From: Geosiphon pyriformis uo1
Taxonomy: Eukaryota; Fungi; Glomeromycota
Length of the DNA: 64,000 nt
NCBI GenBank assembly: GCA_016748015.1
Contig: JAAOMT010000128.1
Coordinates: 503,538 to 567,537, forward strand
Direction of reading: 5' to 3'
Below the pieces are notes generated by a model. The model saw only the letters and a program-made list of their open reading frames with translations, had not been told where the DNA came from and did not search any database. This document shows positions 37,068-50,528 of this stretch, in pieces. The translations under genes were made by a program, and so were the position numbers. Numbering within the stretch: position 1 is the first letter of the stretch; every line of letters starts with the position of its first letter.

Positions 37068-38346
37068 ATGGACTTGGACAACTACTCTGCTTTAATGGAA
37101 TTTTTGGGTAAAGGACAATACCCACCAGAATACACTTGACAGCAAAGAGAACATTTACACAAACAATCAAATTTTTATTTAATCTGCCAGAACCAATTAT
37201 ACAAAAGAAACAGAAAAGATCCTGACTGCCCCCAGAGAGTCATCAGATTTAAAGAAAGAGAAATTGTAATATACAACATGCACACTGACCCATTAGCTGG
37301 ACACTTTGGAAAAACAAAAACAATTCAGAAAACTTTAGCTCACTATTATTGGCCTACCTTAGGAAAAGACATTGCTGAATACATCAAAACCTGTAACATC
37401 TGCAAAGAAGATATCCATCCAATCTCTGTTGGTCAACCATTTGACAGAATTGGTATAGATGTTGTTGGACCTTTAACAGTAACTCCTAATGACAACAGAT
37501 ATATTATCACAGCTACCGACTATCTTACAAAGTGGGTAGAAGCAAAAGCCACCCCAGACCAAACAGCAGTCTTAATAGCTAATTTCATTTATGAAGATAT
37601 CATCTGCTGTTATGACTGCCCCAAAGAACTTTTATCTGATAGAGGAAGAGCTTTTTTCAGTACACTGGTTGAAGAACTTTGTAGAAAAATGGGAATATGT
37701 CATAAACTTTCACCCCCAAACAAATGGCCTAATGAAATGTTTCAATAGAACGTTATGTGAAACCTTAGCCAAAACCAGTGAAGAAACAAACTTATGGGAC
37801 AAAGTACTGCCTTCAGCTTTGTTTGCTTATAGAACTCTGAATCATGACATAACAAGTTATGAACCTTTTTATCTGCTCTATGGATACAAGGCAACACTAC
37901 CAATAGAAATTAACATTGAAACAATACTCTTTGAAGAGATCACAATAGGAAATTACAAAGACATTTTGCAAAGAAGACTTGGTACCATTCTTGACTCCTT
38001 GGTAGAAGCACAAATAATTGCTTTTGAAAAGATAAAACAGTTCCAAGAAAAGCTTAAGAAAAAAAAAACCTATAAAACACTTTCTTTAAGTGTTAGTGAC
38101 TTGGTACTAGAATACCATTCTGACAGAGACAATGTTTATAATGATAAATTTTCTAGCCGGTGGAAAGGACCCTTTATAGTTAACAAAGTTTTGAACAATA
38201 GTTCTTATATTCTTCAAGATCAATCCAGAACAATCTTCAATGATCATCCTGTTCATGATACACAACTCAAAAAATACCATAAATGACCTGATTGGCTGCC
38301 TGTTGTAGTAATACTGACTCAAATGATTAGTAAAAATCATGTATAA
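37068..38346 (+). pseudogene. Family-B integrase ORF, copy 1
   Basis: MDLDNY.., HTDPLAGH..CNIC, IGIDVVGP, TDYLTKW, SDRG, WKGPF. Confidence 0.93.
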
Positions 38347-38387
38347 ATAAATGTACCATTCCCAAAACAGAGGTATCTTCAATTGAC

Positions 38388-39043
38388 ATGAACAATTATT
38401 TTCTGGATCAAAACATTCAAAATGCCTTCTATACTCTTCATAAGTATTGGATCAAAAACTATCCAAATGCTACTTTGACTATTGGAAAACAAACCACCAT
38501 AACCGATAACAGTAGAACACATACTGTTATTAGACCAAAAAAACCACTACCAGAAGAGAAAAAATTGGTAGTAAAATGGATAAATATCTGTTGGAAAGTA
38601 TAACAGCAGCTATACTTCTACCTTTCAACACAATTGGAAAAACAATTAAAGAAATCTTGCCCATAGACAAAAACTTGTCATATGGAAGACAACTAGAACT
38701 CTATGGTTGCCTTAGTGAAATTATAGAAGACATGAAGCTCATGAAGAAAACAACTTCTGAGATACAAGTGGAAATTTTGGACATTGTACAATTAGATGTC
38801 CCAAGAGTTTTAACCATTGCAAGAAGAACCAAAACTTTAATACAAAGATTTGGTTTTTTGGATACAAAGCTCATTTTGTCTTAAGTGCTATACATCTTAT
38901 CCACAAATGACTTCAATAAATTAGTTAGCTTTGAGTTAGATAAAACTCTTCAAATAGATTACACTATAAATAGCTTGATATTGCCAGAGCTCAATCTCTT
39001 TGGAGAGGATGATGTTACAATTGAAACCTATACTTCTTATTAA
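38388..39043 (+). pseudogene. Family-B ORF3, copy 1
   Basis: Frameshifted and stopped homologue of 51826-52482. Confidence 0.8.
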
Positions 39044-39270
39044 TTATCACATGTATTAGCCACTAATGTTATATGATTAGCCACACTATTTTAGAAAGTG
39101 ATCATTGACCTGGACATTGACCACTTTCAATAGATATATAAATTATGAGTCTCTTAGCTGTAGAAAAATATCAATGTAAGGAATCAAGACAATCAAAAAA
39201 ATAAAATAACAAACTTCCATCTCAAACATTCTCTTGTGGTAGATAAAAAACTCTTTCTCTCCTAAATTTC

Positions 39271-41262
39271 ATGACCACAAATAGAGCTAAGAGTAAAAAA
39301 GTTGTAAACGTTACTTTTCCTATAGTAACTAATAAAGTTTCAACATGAGAGGGTCTCTCTGTTATTGAAGCAGCTAGACAAAACATTCTGGCTACATTTT
39401 CTTTGAAAAATAATAGTAATAAGCTGCCTTTAATGGCTTCTGGTTCATTTTCTTCTTCTTTGGCTGGAAGTTCTTCTCCAGTCAAAGTCCCTTCAAAAAG
39501 GCACACTCGAGTTAGTCCCAGTGTTGTCTCTACCACTTCAAAGAGCCCAAAGATTTTTAATAACAGACCAGTCAACAAGTTGGTCTTTCCTGCTCTCACC
39601 ACTCCCCCTACTACTTCCACTACTACTGTTTCACAAATGGCCGCAAAAGTGAAAAATTCCAAAAAACAGCAGCAGGCAGTCGCAACTGTTATAATCACAC
39701 CAAACCTCTTTGTGGTTCTAGATGAGATCTTCAGTAAGATCTCCACAGCAGCAGCCAGCCCTATTCCTGATATGGATGGCAACAGCAGCGGCACATCTTC
39801 CAAAATGGGCCAAGATCAACCACTGGCTGTGTTGCCTGATGTGGTACTCTCTGGCAGATCATTGCCAATCCCAGTAGCAAAACAGTTCATTAGTCCAGAT
39901 AATCTCAAAGATTGGGCTGATCAGATGGAAATGGAATCAACTGTTCTCCCCCTCCAGTTTCTGGTGCATCTGATGCTGGTGCTTGGGTGAATGTGAGTGG
40001 ACGTCAAAGGTTCTCTGGTTGGGTGGCCTCCAATCTTGTACCTGGTGCTACATTTAAGATCGAAATGACCCTGCTTGGTTCTTTGTTTCAGTTACTGCCT
40101 GGTTGTATTGGGCTTAAATCAGTTTCACAAGATGCTGTTAAGTTGTTCTGTGTGGAATTTACATCTCAGGAGTGTCTAAATGGTGCCACCAAAGTGGCCA
40201 TCAGTGATGAAGTGTTTTTGACCACTTTTAAGATTGCACAGTCTTCTGGTGTGGCCTCTGTTTCTTCCCCTTCCTTGTCAGTTGCACTGCATGATGTACC
40301 TTTAGGTATCTCTTCTGATGACATCAAATCTGCTCTTGGCATTTTTGGTGTTGTCACTTCTGTTAAGTTGAAGCCTGCTGGCTTATGGCAATATGCTGTG
40401 GTCAACTTTAAGAACATTTCTTCTGCTGCTGCTGCTCTTTTTAACTGGTCTGTGTTGGTTAGAAAAGATAGTGTTAGGATTCTTCCCATTGCCAACCAAA
40501 AGGAGGTTATCTCCTTAAGAGATGCTTTCAAAGCTAAGCTGGTTAATCTTTCATTTGGCTGCACTGCATTTGAGATAAGTGATCTGGTCTCCCAAGTTGG
40601 TGGCCATACGTGTTTCATTCCCTGCTCCCCTGATTCCTATTGACGTTAACGCTTTGCTGTGGTGACCTTTGATTCTTTGGAATCTTTAAACGCTGCTGTT
40701 TCAAAAACCAGTATCTTACGTGGCTGCCGCATCTGGTGGGAAACTCCTGGATGTTGTCGCTGCTATAGATGTCAAAGTTTAGATCATTTGGCTGTGGACT
40801 GCAAGGTGTTGCCACTTCTCCCTCCCATTTTCAAGTCATCCCTCATTGGAGCTAAATCCTATGCCAAAGCTGCCACTTCTGTGGTTCCTCCTGTTGCTGT
40901 GGCTGCTGATATGGGTTTGGCTTTCAGTACCTCCTCTAAAGTTGTGGTGCCGATGTTGCCAGTTACTTCCTCTGGTTCAGATGTTGCTGTTAATGCTAGA
41001 TTGGCTTCTCTGGAAACCCAACTTAGTGAACTGTCTTTGTTGATCAAATCTATAGTGGAGCCTGTGGGTTCTTTGGTTGCATTGGTTACTACGTTGTTGT
41101 CTACTCCACCAGTTGTGGCAGAGGCAATGAAGGAAAGTGTGATTGGATTGGGAAACCAAATTGAGACTGTTCATGCTGTGGCTTTTGTGCTGCAAAAGGA
41201 AGTGGGGGCCCTCAAGTTGAGGAGTGGGAAGGTACATTATAACAAATCTGATGATGAAGAAA

Positions 41263-41316
<54 letters not shown>

Positions 41317-41534
41317 GTGATGCTAAAGATTTTTCAGTCTATGATAATACATTTGATGCGATGATGGAGTTATGGGAGGTTCAATCTTCTAATATCAAGT
41401 CCGATCCAGATCAGACGGCTAAGTGGATGAGCAGTCTTATTAAGAATAGTCATGAACTTGTATGTATTATGGGTAAGATGTATGAATTAGATATGTTTAA
41501 TACATTAGATAGCAAAGGTAGTACTAGTGTGTAG
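39271..41534 (+). pseudogene. ORF1-like protein (~750 codons: S/T/P-rich N-terminus, RRM-like repeats, CCHC knuckle, coiled coil, acidic tract)
   Basis: HDVPLG..AGLWQYAVV..VRKDSVRI..AKLVNL..CFIP..CYRCQSLDHLAVDC aligns with the LINE ORF1 core; stops and a frameshift present. Confidence 0.85.
41265..41315 (+). repeat. (GAT)17 microsatellite encoding poly-Asp
   Basis: Perfect in-frame trinucleotide run; much shorter in the other copies. Confidence 0.95.
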
Positions 41535-43356
41535 TTAGGGCTTTCCGCTTGTGGTTAGCCACAACTTGTAATATGTATTATTGGCTGAGCTGGCTTTATG
41601 AAACCACCACATTACTGTGGAATAACTAATAAATGACCGGCGTGGCTACATGTTAACAAAAAAAAAAAAAAATCAACCATTCTCTTATCACTAATTTCTC
41701 TTTCTCTACCTTCAAGTATCTGAAGATTTTTTGGATAAAAGATTACTTGTTGGCACTTTCCTGAAACATGTAATTGCAGTATTTGAAAATTATTTGAATA
41801 AACATGACTGAAGAGCACAAGTTGATACCTGATATTGAATTCTAAGAGTGCTGACATGAGGCATAGAATTATACCAGGCATGATCATTTGTTGACAGTAT
41901 GAACTATTCCTTTACCTTCAGATTCCCTTGTTACCTTTTGAAAAGAATAGTGACTAAGATATTTCATGAGACTGATCTCGCACATTGAATCCATACTCAT
42001 TCAATTTACTCATTGAAGTTGAATTCCCTTTGATTATTTCCATTACCCTACAATTCTGTTCTCTCTTGCTATCTGTTAGCTTGTTACTCCAACCCATAAC
42101 ATAAAAGTGGTGCTCCCTGTGAGGTTGTCAAAATTCACTTATTTCCTCATTGTATGGGTAATTATTCATACTTGTCACAGCAATCAGAAGAACACTTTGC
42201 AGCACACAACAGAAATGACCTAGAGTTTATTGAACTCAATCCTCTGCCCTTCTGCTTAATCTGTTTTCCTATTGAAGAACAATTCAGTAAACAATTCCAA
42301 GACTTTTGGAACTAGTTTTTGAACAAGCATTCAGCTAAAACTTACACAGCTTATATCATCTATTACTTTGATCAAGCTTATTTTGAAGACAATTTTGAAG
42401 AAAGAAATACCAGAATCAATCAGCTCTTATACTCCACAACCTTTGAACAACAGCTCCCTGATTTCAAATATCTGAATCATTAAATCCATATTTGGATTGC
42501 TGCTCACCAACTAGTTGAAAACCCCTTTGAAACAGAAGAAGAAAGTTACCAAACTGTCCCTATTTTTGATATTTTCTTAAGTGAATCAGAGCACTCCACA
42601 CAAACAGTAACTCCTGAACCAATGACCCAAGATCCAATGCAACCAAACATCCTGGCCGTCCTCCAAGGCATACAAACTGCTTTGGGACAAAAAAACAACA
42701 CCCCACTACCATTATTCAGAGGCAATACACAAGATCCAATTGAATGGTTGGATGACTTTGAAAGAGCTGCTACAGCCAACCAATACAATAATGAGTACAA
42801 GTTTCAAATTGTTGGTGGCTACCTCCATGGCTCTCCTGCTATCTGGTTTTCACAGGAAACTGATGCTAATACCCATCAAAGAATCATTAAATGGATGCCA
42901 GCAAATGCCAAAGAAAACAACACCTCTTTCACAACCTGGTTTGAAAACAAGTTCAGAACCCCAATCTTGATATCCAAGTGGCACATGGAATTAGAAAAAA
43001 GAACTCAAGACTCTGGTGAAATTGTAACTGAATATGCTAAAGCAATCAGAAAGTTAATTAAGCATGTAAACTCTGGAAGAAATTGAACAGAAGAGCAAAA
43101 GATTCATTCCTTCACAAAAGGATTGAGAACCAATTTATCTTATGCTCTTTGGCCTCTCTTGGCCCTGAAAGACAATCCTACAATGGACATGGCCATTGAA
43201 CTTGTCCAACTTTTTTTTTTTTTTTTTGTTAACATGTAGCCATGTTGGTCTTTTATTAGTTTAGCCACACTTATAAAGCATGACCTTTTCATAAAGCCAA
43301 CTCACCCAATAATCTAAATTACAAGATGCAGCTAACCACTAAGTGGTTATGCCTAA

Positions 43357-46300
43357 CTACACACTAGTATAACCTAAAAATCTATGGGGTATAACACTAT
43401 CACACATAGTACTCCTACCACAAAATACATTAGTCAGTATACCATTACACTGTGTGGAAACATCACCTACTTTGACTATGGGTTCACTGCTAACTCTACC
43501 ACTATTCCCTGAAATGCTATCTATACTGGAGCCACCAGTTGGATTTCTCTTGACCCTATTATTAATACCCATTGTTTTTTCCTATTCAGTTTGCAGTTTG
43601 CAACGTTCTTCCCACAATCTAATCCTTGCTTGAGCAACTGCCCATTTACACATCTTAATCAATACTTTATTGCTAGCCCTTAGGTCGATGTCAGAAAAAG
43701 TATTGATCCTTAGATGCTGACCTGATGTATTTATTAGACAGTGTAATCTTCTCATCAGTGTTTTGGGCTTTGCATCCCCCTCTTACAGCCTCTGAAAGGC
43801 ACTTTATCTATTTATTCTTTACATCATCAATCAATGTCTTGCCCTTTTGGGTATTCAAAGAGCATTCCCAAAAGTGCCAGTTGGTTTCCACTTCCCTGTA
43901 ACATGTCTTGCAAAGATTATTCAAGTATATATGGGAATGTCTATTGTATAGCACCTCTGCTGTTGGCAGCATGTTGTAAAATGATTTCATAATAAATGTG
44001 CACATTGCTGAAGAACTGGCTGAGATGAAGCCTGATGACATTTTACCATCCCAGTTCCAAATCTTGGTTGTACATATCTAGTCTATATCTTGGTCTAAAG
44101 ATCCTATCATCTCTTGGACTTTGTTATTGCCTATCCAGTCTAAAGCTGATTGAAGACTAGCCTGTTTGTTCAGAAAATGCCTAATGTTTAGATCCAATTC
44201 AACTCCTCCACAAATGGGAATGTATGCAGTCTCCTTAGCATTATAGGCCCATTTTATTGTATCAAGAGCAGTAGATCCTTTGGCTAGTTTGTCAGCCTTC
44301 TCATTTTTGAATATACCAGCATGTGCAGCCACTTTGTTCATGTTGAGGTCAATCCTTTTTTCCCTTATTATTGCTCTGATTGCATTCCATGTGCACCAGT
44401 TTGAAGTTTTGAGCTGATTTCTAATAGACAGGGGATAATTTTTGGATAGCCATTTTTGAGCCATTGCCATCACCGCTTGACTATCCATGTTTATTGTTAG
44501 TTTACATCTGTAAGGCACTGCCATTGCCTCTGCTTTTGTTGATGACAATGTTCCATCAATTGCTATACCAAATTCAGCCTTTATCCCATGTGTTACAAAA
44601 GCAACTGCTCCTCTTGCTTTCTCAGAACCAGCTTTTACCAGTGAGCCATCTGTTGATATTTCCATCTCTTTCCTGAGTTTTAACTTCTCTCATACACTCT
44701 TCCATTGTAATAGTAAAGTGTCAGGGATATGGATGTAAATAGTGTCTCTTTGCATTGTTTCTAAATCATTTGGTATTTGGTTAGTCAGTATGTGCATACC
44801 CAATGTCTCACATTGTGCTACATCAATGTTTCTGTACTCATCCATAATGATTGTAGATTCTAAAATCTTAAACCATCTGAAAATTCTACCACTATCACTT
44901 TGTCTGTACTTCCTTGTGAAGTCCATCCATGTCATCAATGACTCATCATTGTTTTGTATCTGATACAAGTACAACATGTTTTCTTTTCTTAGTAAGCTTT
45001 TAACTTTAATGTAGGTTTCATTTGAAGGTAAGATAGACTCAATTAAATATGCCTGTGGTCTTGAAGATTCAGGTATCCCATGTGTGTTACCATTGTTCTT
45101 GAATGAGATGCCTTTTTTTTCCATCATCTATATAATGTTTGCTATAAGATTAACCTCTGGCTTGGATTGTTCATTGGTGGGATATTCAAGTATACTATGA
45201 GCTGACTATCTCTGTGCCTGCAAGTTGGCTAGTCTGATTTTCATAGCCATTCCAGCAATATCAGCACTGTTCAATCTAACTAACAAATCTGTGATTTTGC
45301 TTTTTGCTTGTATATCATCAATTTTGAACAAGTTATACAAGGATAAGTGATGCATGGCACTGGCTGGGAAGTCTACTGAGAGTTTTGCTTTTTTCTTCAC
45401 AGTGGCCGAAATCTTTGAAGTCCATTTTCTAGCCCAGCTATTAGGAATATGAGTCAACTGAGATCTGAATTCAATAGCTGGACTGAGTACACTATTAAAA
45501 ATGTAGATGGCCTGTTTTTTAATTATGTGTTTTTTCCTGATGACTGCACACACTGCTTCAATGTCAGATTCTATCATTTTTAGAACAGTCTCATTTTTAG
45601 AACAGTCTCATTTTTACCATCTGCTCTGATCCATATTCCCAAATATTGGGTACATGTAGATGGATCCAACAATTTCAAGATTTGTTTGTCTGGACCAAAT
45701 TTTAGTGGCTCCACCATTGAAGATCTCCCTTTGGAGGGTCTGACCACCATTGTCTCAGTCTTTTTTAAGTTGATCTCAATATCTACTATTCTAAAAAAGG
45801 AGCTGGCTGTGTCCAAAATACTTTGCATTCCTTGTCTTGAGTTAGCTATCCACACTGTGTCATTGACAAAGGCAAGATGATTCACTGACACCAACAGAGA
45901 TTGTGTATCTGATTGATTATCCCACTTTTTCCATGCTGCTGTCAGTTTGTATTCCTGACTATAATTGGCTTGTTTTACTTTGCACAGTAAGGGGTCATAG
46001 AAAATTCTCCACATAATGGGTGAGCTTGTTTCCCTCTGATCCAGTCCATCCTGTACATGATATTTGTCACTTAACCCAAATTCAGTTATTATCCTGTTGC
46101 TTCTATTGTTGTGCATCAAGCCAAACAGCTCAGTAAACCTATTGTTCATCTTAATTCTCTTTAGTGCAGCTTCCATGGGTTTCCATCTCACTGAATCATA
46201 TGCCTTTTTCATGTCCTGAAATATAAACCAAGCCTCCTTATCAAATTCTCTTGCATGTTCAGCTACAGCATTAATTACATGAATAGGCACTGCTGTGGAG

Positions 46301-48224
46301 GTATTCTTTAATACAGAGGTATTGTAACCTTTTAGGACATTGTGGAGTTCACATGCTTTTGATATTCTAGCAGTTAGAATCTTTGTTAAGATTTTTCTGG
46401 TGTTTTCAATGAGTGTGATCAGCCTGGTGATGTCAATATTGCCACCCCATTCTTTTGGCTTTGGAATCAGTATGACTTGTGCTACTCTCCACTCCTCAGG
46501 CATGTTTGCTGCTTTAATGCAAACATTGAGCAATGTTTTCAGTTTAGACTTGGTATTAGTCCCAGCCTTCCTCCAGAGTTCAGCTTGAATGCCTGATGGA
46601 CCAGAAGCTTTGTTATGGGGTGTGTGGCTCAATATGTGTTCAAATTCTTCATTTGTTAATTCATCCATTATACCATCAAAGGCATGGTCTGGAATGCTTT
46701 TGATTGGTTCAAATCTGTGTTCCCAACTTTTCCATAGGTCAGGATCAATGCTTCTTGTTCTGGTCCATTCTTGGGCTTTTTTGTTTACTAGCTTTTTAAT
46801 TTCATCAGGATCATTATGAAATTCGCCTTTTTCAATTACATGGTCTAGTACAATTCTTTGTCTTTTTCTGTTCATAATGCTTTTGATCATAGCTTCTTTG
46901 TTTAGATCAAAGTTTTGTTGTCTCCTAATGATATTGTCCACTATCTGTCTCTGCTGTTGTAGCCTGATCCTAGCTCACAGTGTTGATCTGTATTCCTTCT
47001 TAATATTGAGTAATTCCACAATTAGCTTATCCTTTGGGAGAGTCATCAGATATGCATTAACTGCCTCCAGTTTCAGCTGTTTCCATTTGGCCAATAACTG
47101 CATAACATTGTTATCGTGCATATCTGCATTGTTTACTCTTATTTGTTTGATTATATCAGTGACAATCTTAACAAGCTTGTGATCTATGCATTCTTTCTTT
47201 GTGTGTACAGATCAGGCTCCCACTTTCCTTTTCGGTAGGCACTCAGCAGCTTGTAATATAGTCTCCTTGATTGTAAGCCACATATGGTTTAGATTATCAT
47301 TGCTGTTATCTATTGATTTTCTTTGTGCTTCATCTGTTAGTCAGTCAGTTTCTCTAGCATAGATTTCCTATTGGACTCCAGATGCCTTTTTAACATCAAT
47401 CATAGTTGTGCTACACTTCTTTCTTCCAGATCTAGATTTTTTAGTGCCTGCCAGTATTTTGTCAGATCAGATGATTGTCACCACAGCTTTGTGATCAGTG
47501 CTAAAAAATTTGTTAACATTAATCACCCCAATGTTTGTGACCAGTAAGACTGTAACTGCATTAGTAAATACATAGTCCAATCTTCTTTGTACACCATTTG
47601 ATGCTCATGTCTTTTCTGGATTGTTTGTTGCATATGCCCCATGTGTATCCACCAAATTCATATGTTGTAATGTCGCAGCAGTTGGACAAGCTTTGGCCTT
47701 ATTTGTAGCATATGTTTCCTCAAGTGACTTGGATGACAGATCTTTATTCAAATCACCTGCTACTATGATAATCTCTTTGTTCTCCTAATTTTTTTAGCTA
47801 CTGCTCTCTCAGTAGGTGATTTGGAAGCAGGCATGTACAGTCCTACTATGTGTGCATTGATTCTTCCTCTAAATTTCAACCCCAAATGCAACAACCTCTC
47901 ATGAAACCCCCTGATTGTTTCTACATGGTGTATCCAACATTTTTTGACCAGTATACCAACACCAGTTCTTATTTGTTTCTCTGTACTTGATTCCCAAAAG
48001 GCATGATATTCATCAGAACCAAAAAATACACTCTTTTCTTTTGTTGAAGTCATTTTAGTTTCTGTAACTATCACAAAATCAAATTGTTCCTCAATAACCC
48101 ACCATAGCACCTCTTCAGCTTTACCAGGATTATTAAGTCCCCTAACATTAACAGTACCAATTTTCCAAGTGTTGTTATTGGAGTAGTTCTGTTCTATGTT
48201 GGAATTAGGTGTGCTACACATCAT
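43357..48224 (-). pseudogene. LINE ORF2 (APE-RT-RNaseH-ZnF), copy 2
   Basis: WKIGTVNVRGLN, FQDMKKAYD, AFVNDT, STDGS, CKTC..HFWEC; ends GYTSV*. Confidence 0.95.
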
Positions 48225-50528
48225 CTGTTTCCATAGATTTAGATTCTCCAGCAGTAGAACTGCTCCAGCTACTCTGTTTTTTCACTTGCTTCAGTAACTC
48301 CAGAATGGGTTCCAAAGTTTTTTTAATTTCTTTGATTTCCAATTCTGGGTTGTATGCCTCCTTTTTTTCTGCTGGGGTATATTTCAATATAGTACTTTGG
48401 CTTGGTAACCCAATTTCTACCACTTCTTTTTCTTCTGAGATGTTACTTGGCTGTTGAGTAACTATTACTTTTTCACTTTTTTCTATTGTCACTCCAAGTT
48501 TGGCAGCATTTCATTAACCTGCTGTCTTAGTTTATCAATTTCACTCTTCTATGGTTGGTTACCATCTTTTTTCAATTGTTTTTCCCTATTGTTCACTTGT
48601 GGACTAGGTTTCTGAGTATTGTTTGGATTGTTGTTGTTCCAGTTATGGGGCAGTCTGAGTGCAGTCATATCAGCATATGATCTTCCACCAAAGGCCTTAA
48701 TGTTTTCCTCTGGAACATTCCTCTTAACATACAGTTTTGCCAACCTAATATTGTTGGTAACTTTCTTGGTATCTCCTTCTTTTTTCTTACACAGGGTTGG
48801 ACATTTTGAGACCAAATGTCCTACTTGGTAACAGAAATGGCACTCTTTAGCATTAGTAGGCACCCAGTGGACTAGTGTGTCACCAATTACCAAAGGTTTT
48901 TTAGTGGCATTGTTGCGGCTAGCTTCACTGTCAAATCCCACATAAGCACAGCCCATCCTTGTGTAATTTTTACTAGTTCTTGGGATGAAACAGGATCGGG
49001 CACTGATTTGATCCAAGGTGGTGTTTAAATAGTGAGCAGTACAGTTCTGTGGTAGGCCCACCAATTTAGCTTCCCAAGTTTTCCTCTGCTCAATGATCTT
49101 TTGGGTTCCAATCATCGGGTAGATTCTGACCACATCTTTTCTGACCATGGTCAACCATTGATCTACAGCTCTTGTTGCTTTCTCTTGGTTGCTATACTCA
49201 ACCACTGCCGATTGCCATTTGCCAGCCACTCTGATTTGGATTTTTTTGACCTTACCAAATTCTTTCATAGTGGCCCCCACCTCTCTGTCAGAGATGCCCA
49301 AGGGGATATCTCTTACTAGGACTTTTTTCTGACCAGCCATTTGGATGTTGACGCCATCAGTAGCCATCAAAAATGACTCAATTTTATTATTTGCCAGAAT
49401 TTTTCTGGCTTGGTCTCTTCCAGCCACTTGGGAAAAATCCACTCTGATTTCTTGATTTCTAGCCATTACAGCTCCCAAAAGATAACTGACATCTCCCAAG
49501 AGATTATTGATCCACCTCACTTTCTTTCCCATGATTTTCTCAGGTATATCCAACACTTGTACAAAAAGCACATGCCTCTTGGTTCCATGGACCACCATTC
49601 ACCATTCTTCCTCCTGGTTTGCTTCCACAGACATGGGTTTTTTGCCAAGCGATTTACTACTGTATTGTCCTGGACTAGGACTAGCCATTCTGCTTAATAG
49701 GCTTAATTCAGATTCTTCCATGTCTTCTGCAACATCCTCTGCATTAGGCTCATCTTTGTTTGCATTAAATGGATTGTTCATTTGTTTTTCATTCTTTAAT
49801 GCTGACTTTCCTCTGTTGATCCTGTCCAAAATATCAGGATTGCACTTTCTCAGAGCTGCTTCTATTTGTGCAGCTCTGTTTTTGTCTTCTTTAGGCATTT
49901 TGGATGGTCTATCCATTTTTCTCAGGGACTTTGAGGCTCCCTTTTCACTAGTCCAAGCTTCCATTTGAAATTTGTTGTTATTTCCTCCTTTGTTAAACAT
50001 TGGCTGCAAGACAAAGGTATCAGTTTGAACAGATGTGGTTTCAGGTAAGTTTTCTTTAGATATTTGGGTGAATTTCTCAGTTAGCCCTTTTATGCTTAAT
50101 CCTCCAATGTGTCTGTATTTTTTGTTGGCCTTTTCCTCCAATCTGTTAGCTGTTATCGGAGAAAAATCTGCTGCTCTCCTATGTGGAGCTGTTCTTTTCG
50201 ATGTTTTGGCTATTCTAAAGGGTGTATCATCTCCACTACTTGTGTTCACACTTCCAAATGGTCTATTGGTAGTTTCAAATCTAAATGGAGGTATAGTAGG
50301 TCTTTGTGGATTAGTGTTGATGCTTTCTCCTTCAGCAGTAGAAGTTATTTTCCCTTCCATTTGGTATTTACTATCAATAGTCTCTACACTTGTACTTCTT
50401 TGCATGACTGTTGTCACTTCACTGTTGACATTGTTATCAGACACTTTTAAGTCTGTTGTGATAGTAATAATAATTTATTATAGTTAAAAGTTTCTTTGCA
50501 AAAACTTACTTTTCCAAATTTGAGGCAT
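48214..50528 (-). pseudogene. LINE ORF1, copy 2
   Basis: RRM-like segments and CHFCYQVGHLVSKC; ATG at 50528 is in frame with ORFs 49599-50444 and 48549-49598. Confidence 0.88.

Larger units (their letters stand above)
39245..41672 (+). mobile_element. ORF1-only non-LTR retroelement copy 3, complete
   Basis: 14-bp TSD TCAA(A/C)CATTCTCTT at 39222-39235 and 41673-41686; ATG 39271, stop 41534, poly(A) 41658-41672. Confidence 0.95.
11744..42101 (+). mobile_element. Ty3/Gypsy family B copy 1, interrupted by nested insertions
   Basis: 5' LTR 11744-12422, PBS, gag ~12475-13331 resuming at 32907, pol split by the solo LTR at 33975, IN, ORF3, PPT, 3' LTR 39013-42101 (itself interrupted). Confidence 0.88.
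39013..42101 (+). repeat. Family-B LTR shared by two tandem internal regions (39013-39235 + 41673-42101)
   Basis: PPT immediately upstream and PBS (42108) + gag immediately downstream; split by an ORF1-only element. Confidence 0.9.

Noticed and set aside
45574-45615. 17-bp tandem duplication in LINE ORF2
   Set aside because: It is a copy-specific slippage event causing a frameshift and is absent from LINE copy 1.
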